Assembly: GCA_963788655.1 (NCBI GenBank)
Contig: CAWBHS010000008.1
Location: 1-64,000, forward strand
Length of the DNA: 64,000 nt
From: an uncultured Verrucomicrobiae bacterium
GTDB lineage: Bacteria; Verrucomicrobiota; Verrucomicrobiia; Limisphaerales; JAFGQR01
Direction of reading: 5' to 3'
Both the position numbers and the translations under genes were made by a program. The first letter of the stretch is position 1; each line of letters begins with the position of its first letter. Below, piece after piece: positions 44,524 through 54,172 of the stretch. The notes under the pieces are model-generated. The model saw nothing but the letters and a program-made list of their open reading frames with translations. It did no database searches and was not told the origin of the DNA.

Positions 44524-46949
44524 TCACTCTACCTTCCATTCGAGGATGCCTCCGGACCACTCGGATTGCAGTTGAACTTCGAGCCGGAGAGCCTTGGTTT
44601 CAACTGGATCAAAGGCAACCCGGTTGAAATGGTCCATTGCCACGCCGTAAGCGGAAGCACCATGGACCGGCTTCCACGCGTCACCAGATAGGTAAAGTAC
44701 GCGCCAGGACTGTGGCACCCGACAGTGCGCATGAATGCGGCGCTCATCCCACCAATAGACTTCGACGGTGGAAATCTTCGTGGGACGTTCAAAATCGTAT
44801 TGCACCCATTCTTTGGTGCCGCGGTGGTCCCACCAAGTGAAGCGAGGAATCTTGGTGTCATCTGAAGCGCTGGGCTCGATCTGGTCGTTGAGCGCCGACA
44901 CCGTGTCGTTTTGCCAGCAATGCGGCGCAGACGGCGTGGCGAGCGACGCTACCGTGGGCGATGGTAACGGCTCGGCTTTGGAGGTGGTTTCGGCCATCCA
45001 GACCCTCATTTCACCCGGCTGCCGGTTGGCGTTGGCGAAATAGGGGATCGCAGTAAACTCGGTATTGGTCACGCCGGGAACGGAACCTGACGGCAAGTAA
45101 AGCGACTCCGGCCATGCGACCCGGTGCAGAGCCAACGCCGGGCCCTTGATGACCGTCACACCACCCAGCAGGTCCGCGCGGTGTTCCGCCTGCAGCGGTG
45201 CTTCAGGCGGGATGACCAGGTTGCGTGTGTGTCCATGGTTGTCCACCGCTTCGAGACAATACACCAGCGGGCCGCGTTGGAGCGCAACTCGGCCAATGTC
45301 GGCTTCCACCTGGGGATGGGCTTTGATTCGTTGCACGGGCATGGGCAGGGAAAGTTCCACGACATCTCCGCGCCGCCATTGACGCCGGAGGCGGGCGTAG
45401 CCGTGGATTGTCTCGAAGTTCGCCAACGGATTGCCGTTCACCCGCAAGGTTGGCTCAATGCACCAGGCAGGCAGACGCACGTTGAGGTTAAACTCGGTTT
45501 CCCGTTCCGGTTCCAGGGTGAGTCTGATCTCGACGTCCCAGGGGTAGCGCGTCGATTGCCGGAGGATGACTCGAGTCCCATTCACCATGAGCTTGGCACG
45601 GCTGCCCATGAAAAGGTTGACGTAAATACCGCCTTCGTCTTGGGCGTAAATGTAGCCGGGCAGCGCGCCCATGATCTTGAGGAACATGGGCGGACAGCAC
45701 GGGCAGCCATGCCAACTCCAGCGCGTTCGTTTCGGACCCGCTTCCAGTGGATTCTCGTAGAAGTAGCTGTCGCCCTTTAGAGACACGCCGGGCAGGATCG
45801 CATTATAGAGCACCCGCTCCAATTCATCGGCGTAGCGCGCATCGCCGAAGGCCAGGTTCATGTTCCGATGGAAGAAGCCCGCGCCAATAGCGGCGCAGGT
45901 CTCCAAATAGCCATTGTTGGGCAAGGACATAATCGGGACCGAATCCCTCATGGCCCAGCTACCGCCCCCAGGCCGCCAATGACATACATGCGGCGTTGCA
46001 CCATGTTCTCCCAGAGCCGCCGGGCGGCGTTGAGATAGTCTTCGCGGCCGTTGACCGTTCCGGCTGCGACCAAGCCGGCGCAGAGCAGAGTCGCCCGAAC
46101 CGCGTGGCCTTCGATGGTTTCCTGCTTTAGCACCGGCTGGTGGTCCTGGGCATAGGGGCCACCATATTTCCCGAAGCTTCTCCCTTCGTGGTTGCCCCGG
46201 TTCTCAATCCAGAACTCGGCGAGTCTGAGGAAACGTTGCTCGTCCACGGGCACCGGCATTCGGGGTTTCAATTCTGGCTGCTCGCGGAAGAGTAAATACA
46301 ACTTCACGAGTGCCTCCTCGGGCAAGGAATGGCCGGGCACGACGTTCAGCTTCGGCGGCGGTCCCATCACGTCGGCCATGTGATTGGCGAGTTTGGTGGC
46401 GACTTCGAGCAGTCGCGTTTTCCCCGTGGCGCGGTAGTAGTGAACCGCAGCCTCGACCATCGCGCCGGCGTTATAAACGTCGTGCTGCTCGACGTCGTTG
46501 CCGCCATTAAGCCCCCAACGCTTGGTCGGTGCCTTCAACTGGGTCCAGGTGTTGAGGTAGCCATCAGGATCTTTGGCCGCCGCTCCAGCAATGCGCTCGA
46601 TGTAACCATCGAGGCGGACTTCCAGGGCGGCATCGCGTTCGGCGGCCAGGAAATCGGCACTCCCGCGGATCATTTCGTAAATCAAGCCGTCATACCACGG
46701 CGGCCCACCATGATCACCGCTGGTGCCATCGCGAATCTTGTCAAAGTTGGTGAGCGCGCCGTCCTTCTCGAATTTCGTGAAGCAATCGGGAATGGTCACT
46801 TCGCGCCATACCTTTAGTTTGGGCGACCAGAAGTCGTCTTCGATGACCACTTGCTCGATGGGAACTGGCGTTAATCGACTGGCATCGGCAGCGAAGGCCG
46901 CGGCAGCCGCCACCGCCAGGAGGATGACTGTATTTAGAATCGTCTTCAT
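44524..46949 (-). CDS. GH127 beta-L-arabinofuranosidase-like protein with a C-terminal carbohydrate-binding-like domain; frameshift near 45950
   Basis: 'GH...EEALVKLY', 'YAQDH', 'GHAVRA', 'ETCAA', 'YFYENPL', 'CPCCPP' and 'RGPLVYC'. Confidence 0.9.
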
Positions 46950-46991
46950 ATTTAAAGTTTCCCAGCCAATGCGGGCCTTGACATCTTAAAT

Positions 46992-47178
46992 CGTAGCAGC
47001 CGACGTGAGGAGGCTCTGAGTCTTTCTGCTGAAATTAGAGTGAGAACTTGTTTGGAAAACAGGAAAGATCGTAGCCGCTGACGTGAGAAAGCGGACCATC
47101 CGCCATGTTCTGTCGCGCGATCCGCCTCGTCACCTCGGCGGCTAGTTCAAACACGCTGTAGCCTCATGGGTCGGCTCT
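46992..47178. repeat. Nested GTAG REP cluster related to 38852-38939
   Basis: 46992-47016 is identical to 38852-38876. There is an inner diverged inverted pair at 47071-47094 and 47122-47143. Confidence 0.75.
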
Positions 47179-47263
47179 AAGATGCAAGTTCATGCGCCGT
47201 AAATGTGTCCGCACATAAACGGGCCTTGGCCACCTTATCGGAACTGCATTGGTCGGCACGCCA

Positions 47264-48796
47264 TCAATCTTCGACCAAGGTAATATCCTCCTCCGGCTTC
47301 GGATAATTCTTTTTCGCGATATACGACTTGGTGTCGTCCACCATCTCCTGGGTGATCTGAAAATTATATTTCCGATAATCGTTCACCGTGAATTCTCCCA
47401 CTTTGAAGAATCCCCACTGGTCAAAAAAGTCGGTCAGATCCAGCTTGGCCACATCGCAACAGATCTTAACGAACTCAAACTGGTTTCGAATGGAATCATC
47501 CCCGCGACCGGCGTCCGGGCGGCTGCGCATTTCCTCCATCACGTCGGCATAAAAGTCCGGCTTGCCGTGTCGTGCAAAATAAAGGTGGAGTTGCCAGAAG
47601 GGAACCAGGCGGTCGAAGACGTCCTTCCATTCCAGGTAAGAGATCTTCGGAGTTGCTTCGATGATGTTTTTGCGCGCTGACGCATAATTCTTCTGCGCGG
47701 CGAGGCGGCTCGGATTGCCCATCCCGGTGACGGTAAACATCGAGAAAATGTTGCAGCTCACCTCGGTCATGCCGCCCCAGGTCATTTTCGGGCGCATTTG
47801 CAGCACGTGACCGGTTTCGTGACTGAAGCCCCAGCAGGGATCGCCTTTGATGACGACTTCCGGATCAGCGACCATGCGCATGGTGCCCTGGTTGCCGAGG
47901 TAGGCCACCCCGTCGCCGTCGCGGAACATGTAGTAATTGAAATTGACGCGCGCCAGAATGCGGTTTTTGGGCACCTTGTGGTATTTCACCAATCCCATCA
48001 GCGTGTAATGGCTGTGAAGCAGTTTGTCGTAATTGCCGATCAATTCCGTCCCCTTGCCACGGGTGTAAACGTTGAACCACTCCACCGGGTAGGCGACCTG
48101 GATATGCTTGCCGCGTGCGTCCATGATGGGACTCACCGCCTGGTCCAGCAGTCGGTCCCAATCGGCGTTCGTCTGCTTGGTGGCATCGAAGTAGCCATTC
48201 ACTTTGCCCGTGGGAAAGTGAACGACCACCTGCGGCGCCGTCTCGGCACGGTCGTCGAAATAGCTCAGGTACACATTGCCGCCCTTTTCCACTTGAATCA
48301 CATTCACCCCCTCGGTCAGCGCGATCCGCTGTTTCTTCAGTCCCCATCCATTCGGATCTTTTGAGGGATTGACGCCTGCGGGCGGCTGGCGCATCCAGTC
48401 GGGAATCAGTAGCGAAAGTTCCTTACCCCCGGTAGGTCCGACCAACACCACTAGTTCGCCCGGCTCCAGGCAGATGCCGGTGATGTTCTCGTAACGGCTG
48501 AAGCCATCGCCCAGCTTCAACGTGTTCCCCAATTCGCGAGGCGAAGGATAGGCTGCATAACTGGCCGCTCGGTAGGTTCGGTCATACGTGCCGTTCAGCA
48601 TCTCGGCCGCCACCCTTTTGAGCAACGCGCTTTGAAAGTTATCCAAATCTTTCAACTGCACGTTCGGCTTCAACTGCCGGCAACTGGTGTCGGTAAAGAA
48701 CGTCATGTCGGCTTTGAGCGCAGCGAGGTTGATTGCGGCGCTACCGGAAATTAATGGCCATGACAATAAGGCGACAGCCAGGACGAATTTGTTCAT
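47264..48796 (-). CDS. Secreted M60-like (enhancin/mucinase family) zinc metallopeptidase
   Basis: Signal peptide, 'ENITGI', gluzincin 'WGFSHETGH...WGGMTEVSCN', 'LVPFWQL' and 'DLTDFFDQWG'. Confidence 0.9.
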   Translation of the reverse strand: MNKFVLAVALLSWPLISGSAAINLAALKADMTFFTDTSCRQLKPNVQLKDLDNFQSALLKRVAAEMLNGTYDRTYRAASYAAYPSPRELGNTLKLGDGFSRYENITGICLEPGELVVLVGPTGGKELSLLIPDWMRQPPAGVNPSKDPNGWGLKKQRIALTEGVNVIQVEKGGNVYLSYFDDRAETAPQVVVHFPTGKVNGYFDATKQTNADWDRLLDQAVSPIMDARGKHIQVAYPVEWFNVYTRGKGTELIGNYDKLLHSHYTLMGLVKYHKVPKNRILARVNFNYYMFRDGDGVAYLGNQGTMRMVADPEVVIKGDPCWGFSHETGHVLQMRPKMTWGGMTEVSCNIFSMFTVTGMGNPSRLAAQKNYASARKNIIEATPKISYLEWKDVFDRLVPFWQLHLYFARHGKPDFYADVMEEMRSRPDAGRGDDSIRNQFEFVKICCDVAKLDLTDFFDQWGFFKVGEFTVNDYRKYNFQITQEMVDDTKSYIAKKNYPKPEEDITLVED

Positions 48797-48958
48797 GTTT
48801 TCAAGACCCCGGCTGCCGTCTGGTTATTCATTGAGCGGGCGCATTTGCTTTGTGAACTTCCTCAATGACCCGCTTGCTCGCACCAAAATACCAAGGGTTG
48901 AATGCCATGAGGCGACCATGGTAATCTTCCCGCTCACTAAAAAACAAATGATGATCCT

Positions 48959-50284
48959 ATGAACAATGACCATGCAACCAGACTCACACGACGTCAGTTT
49001 CTCACCCGGGGGGCGATGGCGGCAAGTGCCGTAGCGATGCCCTGTTTGATCCCGGCCTCGGCATTGGGCCGAAACGGTACGGTGGCGCCGAGCGAACGGA
49101 TTGTGATGGGCGGCATTGGACTCGGTGGTCGTGGTTCCTACGATTTGGGCTGGATCTTGACCCAGAAGGATGTGCAGTGGGTCGCTGCCTGTGACGTCGT
49201 GAAAGGCCGGCGCGATGCGGCCAAGAACGTCGTCGATACGAAATACGGCAACCAAGATTGTGCCGTGTATGGCGACATGCGCCAGTTCCTGGACGAGCGG
49301 ACGGACGTGGACGCCGTGTTGATTGCCACGGGGGACCGCTGGCATGCGCTGGCTTCGATTTGGGCGATGCGGGCGGGCAAGGATGTTTATTGCGAGAAAC
49401 CGGCCTGTCTGACGATGGCGCAGGGGCAAATGGTTGTCGAGACCGCACGCCGGTATGGGCGGATTTATCAAACGGGCGCCCAGCGCCTCAGCGAGCCGCA
49501 TCATGTGTTTGCCATTGAAATGGCCCGCTCCGGCCGGTTGGGCCCCATTGATACGGTTTACGCCGACTGTCGTTGGCGCGACGGGATGCGCCACGACTGG
49601 TTGCCCGCCGAACCGGAACCTCCCAAGGATCAACTGGACTGGGATCTGTTCGTCGGCCCTTCTCCCTGGCGGCCCTACAACCACGGTTACCTGAACTCCG
49701 GGTGGTATCACTTTTATGATTTCGCCACCGACGTGGCGATGTGGGGTGCGCACACGGTTACCCAAGCCCTGGCTGGACTCGACATGGACAACGTATCCTC
49801 CATCGAATTCGAGTATGCCGGGCCGGGGGCAACGATGGTGACCCGTTTGTCCAACGGGGTGAAGTTGGTTCTGTTCCGGGTCAGCGGCTCGGTTTGGGAG
49901 CCGTGCGAGTATTGGCATGGCGCGTGTGGCGAGCGGTTCGATGGTCCCAAAGGCTGGACCGCCGCCGCCGACGGTTATGCGCGCACCGACGTCTCCTCGC
50001 CTGCGCTGTTGCGCGATTATCAGAACGTGCTGGCGGAATATACGACGCGCACCCAGCGCCCATTGAACCACATGCGGGATTTCTTTGACTGCATCCGGTC
50101 GCGTCGGCTCACCGTGGCGAGTCCCGAAGTGATGTATCGGTCCATGAAAATTTGTTTGGCGGCCGATATATGCGAGCAATTGCAGCGCAACCTGAAGTTC
50201 GACCTGCGCGCGGCTGAATTTGTCGGAGATCCCGAAGCCAACCGGTTGCGTTTTCGCGCGATGCGCGCCCCCTACACAATCTGA
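48959..50284 (+). CDS. Tat-exported Gfo/Idh/MocA family oxidoreductase
   Basis: 'TRRQFL', 'GIGLGGRG', 'IATGDRWH', 'DVYCEKP' and 'WDLFVGP'. Confidence 0.92.
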   Translation: MNNDHATRLTRRQFLTRGAMAASAVAMPCLIPASALGRNGTVAPSERIVMGGIGLGGRGSYDLGWILTQKDVQWVAACDVVKGRRDAAKNVVDTKYGNQDCAVYGDMRQFLDERTDVDAVLIATGDRWHALASIWAMRAGKDVYCEKPACLTMAQGQMVVETARRYGRIYQTGAQRLSEPHHVFAIEMARSGRLGPIDTVYADCRWRDGMRHDWLPAEPEPPKDQLDWDLFVGPSPWRPYNHGYLNSGWYHFYDFATDVAMWGAHTVTQALAGLDMDNVSSIEFEYAGPGATMVTRLSNGVKLVLFRVSGSVWEPCEYWHGACGERFDGPKGWTAAADGYARTDVSSPALLRDYQNVLAEYTTRTQRPLNHMRDFFDCIRSRRLTVASPEVMYRSMKICLAADICEQLQRNLKFDLRAAEFVGDPEANRLRFRAMRAPYTI

Positions 50285-51052
50285 TTGGGCAATTTGAGGT
50301 AACAGTTCGCCGATCACGACGCAAAGCAAGCCGCGTCGAAAAGGGATCATTGCCCTCCAGATGTAACGGCACCGCGCATTTGTGCGGAATGAGAGTTCTT
50401 GAACTCGGACTGAAACGCCTCGGGTGTCGTCAGGAGTTTCATACTCAATCCATCACTTTTCCAGTTCCTGTTCGACCGCGGAGAATTCTTCGAGAGCTTC
50501 TTCAAGATCTTCGACGATTTCGGCGGCGAGGATGGCGGGTTTGGGGAGGTTTTCCGTGTCGGCCAGCGTGTCGTCTTTGAGCCAGAAGATGTCGAGGTTG
50601 GCTTTGTCGCGGGCCATCAGGTCGGCGTAGGTGAAACGATTGAAGCGTTCGGATTCCTCGCGTTTCTTCGTGCGATTCTTGGTCTGGTAGAACTGGACGA
50701 ACTCTTTCAAGTCTTCGTCGGCGATGGGGTTTTGGCGCAGTGTGAAGTTGCGATTCGTGCGCAGGTCATAGACCCAAAGCTCTTTGGTCCAAGGCGTCTT
50801 GGAGGCGGGCTTCTTGTCGAAGAAGAGCACGTTGGCTTTCACGCCGGGCGAATACCAGATGCCGGTGGGCAGACGCAGCAGAGTGTGGACGTTGCAGCGA
50901 TCCAGCAAGGCGCGGCGATTGTTGTACAGCAGCGAATAGATCCGTGGAGGAAAGAGCGCAGTAAATTGTGGAGCAACGGGCCAAATGAGCGCATTGCACC
51001 GTGGGGCAAGAGGCGCGCTCGAAGCGTGTGAACGTATCGAGTAGTATGGTGG

Positions 51053-51083
51053 ACCGTCTCCCGGATTCGGACCGGGAGACGGT
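51053..51083. other. Perfect hairpin inside the downstream end of the transposon
   Basis: ACCGTCTCCCGG-ATTCGGA-CCGGGAGACGGT, a 12-bp stem. Confidence 0.7.
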
Positions 51084-51126
51084 AAGAGGTTGGCCCGTGG
51101 CGACGAGAACGGGATCGGCCGTGGGC

Positions 51127-51516
51127 TTACCTTCCGTGCTCGGCGCGAAACTGGGTCAGGATCTGCAGCGCGCGTTGACGCGCCGCCGCCTCTTCTTGAG
51201 GATCGGCCGGCGGGACCGAACGGGGCTCAGGATTGGAGCCGGAGGGCTTGGGGGCGTAGAGCGCAACGCGGCTGATGTTGAGATCGTCTTCGAAACGGTC
51301 GGGCTGGAGGAGATTGTAGAGCTTGAGGGCTCCGACGTTCCTGCGTCCCTCGCGGATTTCCCGCTGCAGATAGCGGACGACTCGTTGGAGATCGGCTTCG
51401 GTGAACCCCGCACGGAAGAAGTCATACCAAAGCCGTTCCCGATCAAAGCGCAGGCTGACGCGCTGGCCCGTCAGACGGCCATAGAGCGCGTGAACTTGTT
51501 GGATGCGCGCGATCAT
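51127..51516 (-). CDS. Transposon ORF4, 129 aa; resembles phage replisome-organizer C-terminal / DnaD-like helical domain
   Basis: ATGA overlap with the ATPase stop (51513-51516). Sequence 'LYGRLTG...GFTEADLQRVV...LKLYNLLQPDRFEDDLN'. The family call is by eye only. Confidence 0.7.
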   Translation of the reverse strand: MIARIQQVHALYGRLTGQRVSLRFDRERLWYDFFRAGFTEADLQRVVRYLQREIREGRRNVGALKLYNLLQPDRFEDDLNISRVALYAPKPSGSNPEPRSVPPADPQEEAAARQRALQILTQFRAEHGR

Positions 51517-52346
51517 GAGCTGTGTCGCGTTAACCCCGCCAACCCGGGCACCTGTTCCATCGCCTGCTGCATCGTGGGGGCGCTGATTTCCCGGAGGTCG
51601 GCCCGAGCGGCTTCGATCCACGCCGCCCGAGCCAAGAGGCAGACGCTGCGCGGCACGCCCGCGGTGGCCCGGACCAGCAAATCCACCGCCGCCGCTTCAA
51701 AAACCTGCGAGCGATTAATGCCGACGGCTTCCAGCCCGGTTCGCAGATAGGTTTGGATCTCCTCGAGCGTCCATGGACTGAGCAGGTGATGAGCGCTCAA
51801 GCGGGAACAGAGCGCCCGGTGATTGCGCAGTTGGAGCTGTCCCAGCAGGTACTCGTCCCCGAGGAGGACCAGCGCGAAGGTCGGTTGGCTGGGCAGGTTG
51901 AGCCCGAGCAACAACCGCAACTCTTCGAGCGTGCCGTGGGTCGCGTTCTGCGCGTCGTCCATGACAATGACCAGGGTCTGGCGCTCATGTTCGGACAGGT
52001 AGCTGGAGAGTTCATCCAGATTGCGCTCGCGGCGGATGCTGGCCCGCTTGCCCAGGCTGCGAGCCAGACTGGCTAAGAGCCCACTGCTGCTCAAGGTGGC
52101 CTGGGTCAGGTTGACCGGAGTATAGAGTCGGTTCTCCAGTTGGCGCACCCAGCGGCCGACCAAGGTGGACTTGCCCGTCCCATTGCCTCCGCTTAAAAGC
52201 ATCGCGCCGCGCAAGGCGGCCGTCTGCTCGAGGAGACTCCAGGCGCGTTGCTGGGAGGGGATGGCAATCCAGTGCGGGTCCGATAACGGCCCGAAGGGCA
52301 CGGCGGTGGCACCCCAGGTCCGCGCATAGCGATCCAATTCATTCAT
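51513..52346 (-). CDS. Transposon AAA+ ATPase (ExeA/MuB/TnsC-like)
   Basis: Start MNELD overlaps the transposase stop (ATGA). Walker A GGNGTGKS, Walker B VIVMDDAQ, 'ALCSRL' and 'GVPRSV'. Confidence 0.9.
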   Translation of the reverse strand: MNELDRYARTWGATAVPFGPLSDPHWIAIPSQQRAWSLLEQTAALRGAMLLSGGNGTGKSTLVGRWVRQLENRLYTPVNLTQATLSSSGLLASLARSLGKRASIRRERNLDELSSYLSEHERQTLVIVMDDAQNATHGTLEELRLLLGLNLPSQPTFALVLLGDEYLLGQLQLRNHRALCSRLSAHHLLSPWTLEEIQTYLRTGLEAVGINRSQVFEAAAVDLLVRATAGVPRSVCLLARAAWIEAARADLREISAPTMQQAMEQVPGLAGLTRHSS

Positions 52347-53605
52347 CGCTTGCCCTCCCCGCCATCGATTTGGCTGTTGAGGTGGCGGTCGACTTTGCGG
52401 GCGGCTCCAAAGTCCTGTCCTTTGTAGCGGACCAGGATCGGGTTCTTGACCCAAGGATCGAGCTCCAAGTGCACTTTGAGCCCGCGCAGGGCCAGGTTCA
52501 CCTCGTAGAGATCGTTGTCGATGCGGACGGTCCCGTCTTTGCGCACCACGCGCTCGATGCGGGTGTAGAACAGCCGGTCCAGGTCCAGCTGCGGATCCAA
52601 CGGCCGCAGCAGTGGCAGCGCCCGGGCGAAGCGCTCCTGGGGACTTTCGCCGATGCTCGAGTGAGGACGGGGATGGTAGATCTCCTGGAGCCACTGGGCG
52701 AGCTTGCCGTTAAGTTCCGCCAAGGATCCGACGGCTTGGCCGGGCAAACGCAAGCCGGCTTCGAAATCCTCCTGCACGGTGCGGAACAACCGCTCCACTT
52801 TCCCGCGACTCCAAGGCCGGCCCACTTTGGAGTGAATGAGCCGGATGCCCAGATTGGCGCACACGATGCGCAGATGGTGATTGACGAAGGGACCGCCGTT
52901 GTCCGCATAAAGTTTTCTCGGCAATCCCCGGCGACGAAGCGCCGCTTTGAGGCAGCGCAAGAGCGCCGGCGTGTCGGCGGCCAACCCGTAGGCCGCATGC
53001 GGAATCAGGCGCGAGTGATCATCGACGATGAGGCAGAGGTGGGTGGGCACCGTCTTGGGGTGCAGGGCCAAAAAGGGGCCCGGGGAGAAGTCGACGATCC
53101 AAAGGTCATTGACGCCGGGTGCTTCAAAGGCCTTGGTGGGACCCGGGATGTTCTGGCGCAGCAGATAGCGGCGGCCCTGCGCGTCGAGGTCATTCTGCTC
53201 CAGCCAGCGATAGACGGCCGAGAGCGCCGGCAGCGTGGGGTCGGATTGTTTCCATTGCCGGTAAAGCAGCTTGACCGGCACTCCCGGAAAGCAACGCACC
53301 TGATCGATGACCCACTGCTGTTGAGTGGCCGATAATCGCCGGGGTTTGCCCCGGTCGGATCGTGGTTTGGGCTTGAGTCCTTCGAAGCCGGCTTTCTTGA
53401 ACGCGTAATACCAGTCTTCGAGCGTGCGCCGAGCGACAAATTGAGGGGGTGCCTCACTGTCCCCGGGCAAGGGATGAGTAGAGCTCACCTGTTCCAGCGC
53501 CGCGGAAAGAGGCCAGTGGTGCTGAAGGAGCTCGAGGACGGCTTGAACCAGGCTCATACGCCGCAAGGCGACGGCCTCCTGAACGGATGCAGTTGTGTTT
53601 TTCAT
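52343..53605 (-). CDS. DDE transposase (rve core, N-terminal HTH, Mu-transposase-like C-terminus)
   Basis: 'RRTLEDW...GFEGLKPKPRSDRG', 'WIVDFS', 'VDDHSR', 'LYADNG', 'GKVERLFRT' and 'RVVRKDGTV'. Confidence 0.95.
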   Translation of the reverse strand: MKNTTASVQEAVALRRMSLVQAVLELLQHHWPLSAALEQVSSTHPLPGDSEAPPQFVARRTLEDWYYAFKKAGFEGLKPKPRSDRGKPRRLSATQQQWVIDQVRCFPGVPVKLLYRQWKQSDPTLPALSAVYRWLEQNDLDAQGRRYLLRQNIPGPTKAFEAPGVNDLWIVDFSPGPFLALHPKTVPTHLCLIVDDHSRLIPHAAYGLAADTPALLRCLKAALRRRGLPRKLYADNGGPFVNHHLRIVCANLGIRLIHSKVGRPWSRGKVERLFRTVQEDFEAGLRLPGQAVGSLAELNGKLAQWLQEIYHPRPHSSIGESPQERFARALPLLRPLDPQLDLDRLFYTRIERVVRKDGTVRIDNDLYEVNLALRGLKVHLELDPWVKNPILVRYKGQDFGAARKVDRHLNSQIDGGEGKR

Positions 53606-53692
53606 GCGGCGCGGAGCCTTTCACGCCGCCGGCTTGGATTTCAAAAACAGGGTTTCGTGGGATTAATAACCTGTTGCGCTCCAACCGATAAT

Positions 53693-54172
53693 TCAGGATG
53701 ACGGTCGCAGACAGCGGTAGTTGCCCAAGAGCGAAATGTGGTGGTGTTCGGAAAGAAAGCAGAGCATCTTTGGCACCGAGTCAAATGACTGTCGCAAGCT
53801 GGCCCACAACGAGAGGCCGTCGGAAACCGTGCTACTAACCAGTTGTCCGAAGACTTCTTTGAGGGTGGCCGCGCGTGCCGTCAACGCACTCCACGCTCGT
53901 CGGAGGCAACCCGCCTCTAAGGCGCGGGGCGGTGGGTCCAGGCCTTGGGTCTGGATCCTCGCCCGTTGGTCAAAATCCCCTTGCAACCGCTCGGCACGGA
54001 TCGAGCGATACGGTAATCGATGCGGCGGCAGGACCGAGAAAGTCCGGCCGCAAGCAGGATGCAGATAGCGCTGGATCCTCTCCTTGAGCGTGCCCTCCGG
54101 ATCGGCATTCCGCCAATAGCATCCATGGCGGTGAACCATCCCCGGGCCACCGCAGGGACAGGACGGCCGCAT
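53693..54172 (-). CDS. Transposon ORF1, Cys/His zinc-finger protein (DUF6431-like)
   Basis: 'CPC...HRHGCYWR...RYLHPACGRTFSVLP..LPYR'. It is the first ORF inside the element end. Confidence 0.7.
   Translation of the reverse strand: MRPSCPCGGPGMVHRHGCYWRNADPEGTLKERIQRYLHPACGRTFSVLPPHRLPYRSIRAERLQGDFDQRARIQTQGLDPPPRALEAGCLRRAWSALTARAATLKEVFGQLVSSTVSDGLSLWASLRQSFDSVPKMLCFLSEHHHISLLGNYRCLRPSS

Noticed and set aside
24417..47178. Palindromic repeats as a CRISPR array
   Set aside because: They occur as inverted pairs, not direct repeats with regular unique spacers, and there are no cas genes.
50285..50345. GACGCAAAGC resembling a c-di-GMP-I riboswitch core
   Set aside because: The flanking stems and tetraloop/receptor elements are not evident, and no sense gene lies downstream.
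50350..50450. Duplicated tRNA-Arg 3' end (att site) bounding the R-M islet
   Set aside because: No copy of the tRNA 3' sequence was found by eye, so the left boundary of the islet is undefined.
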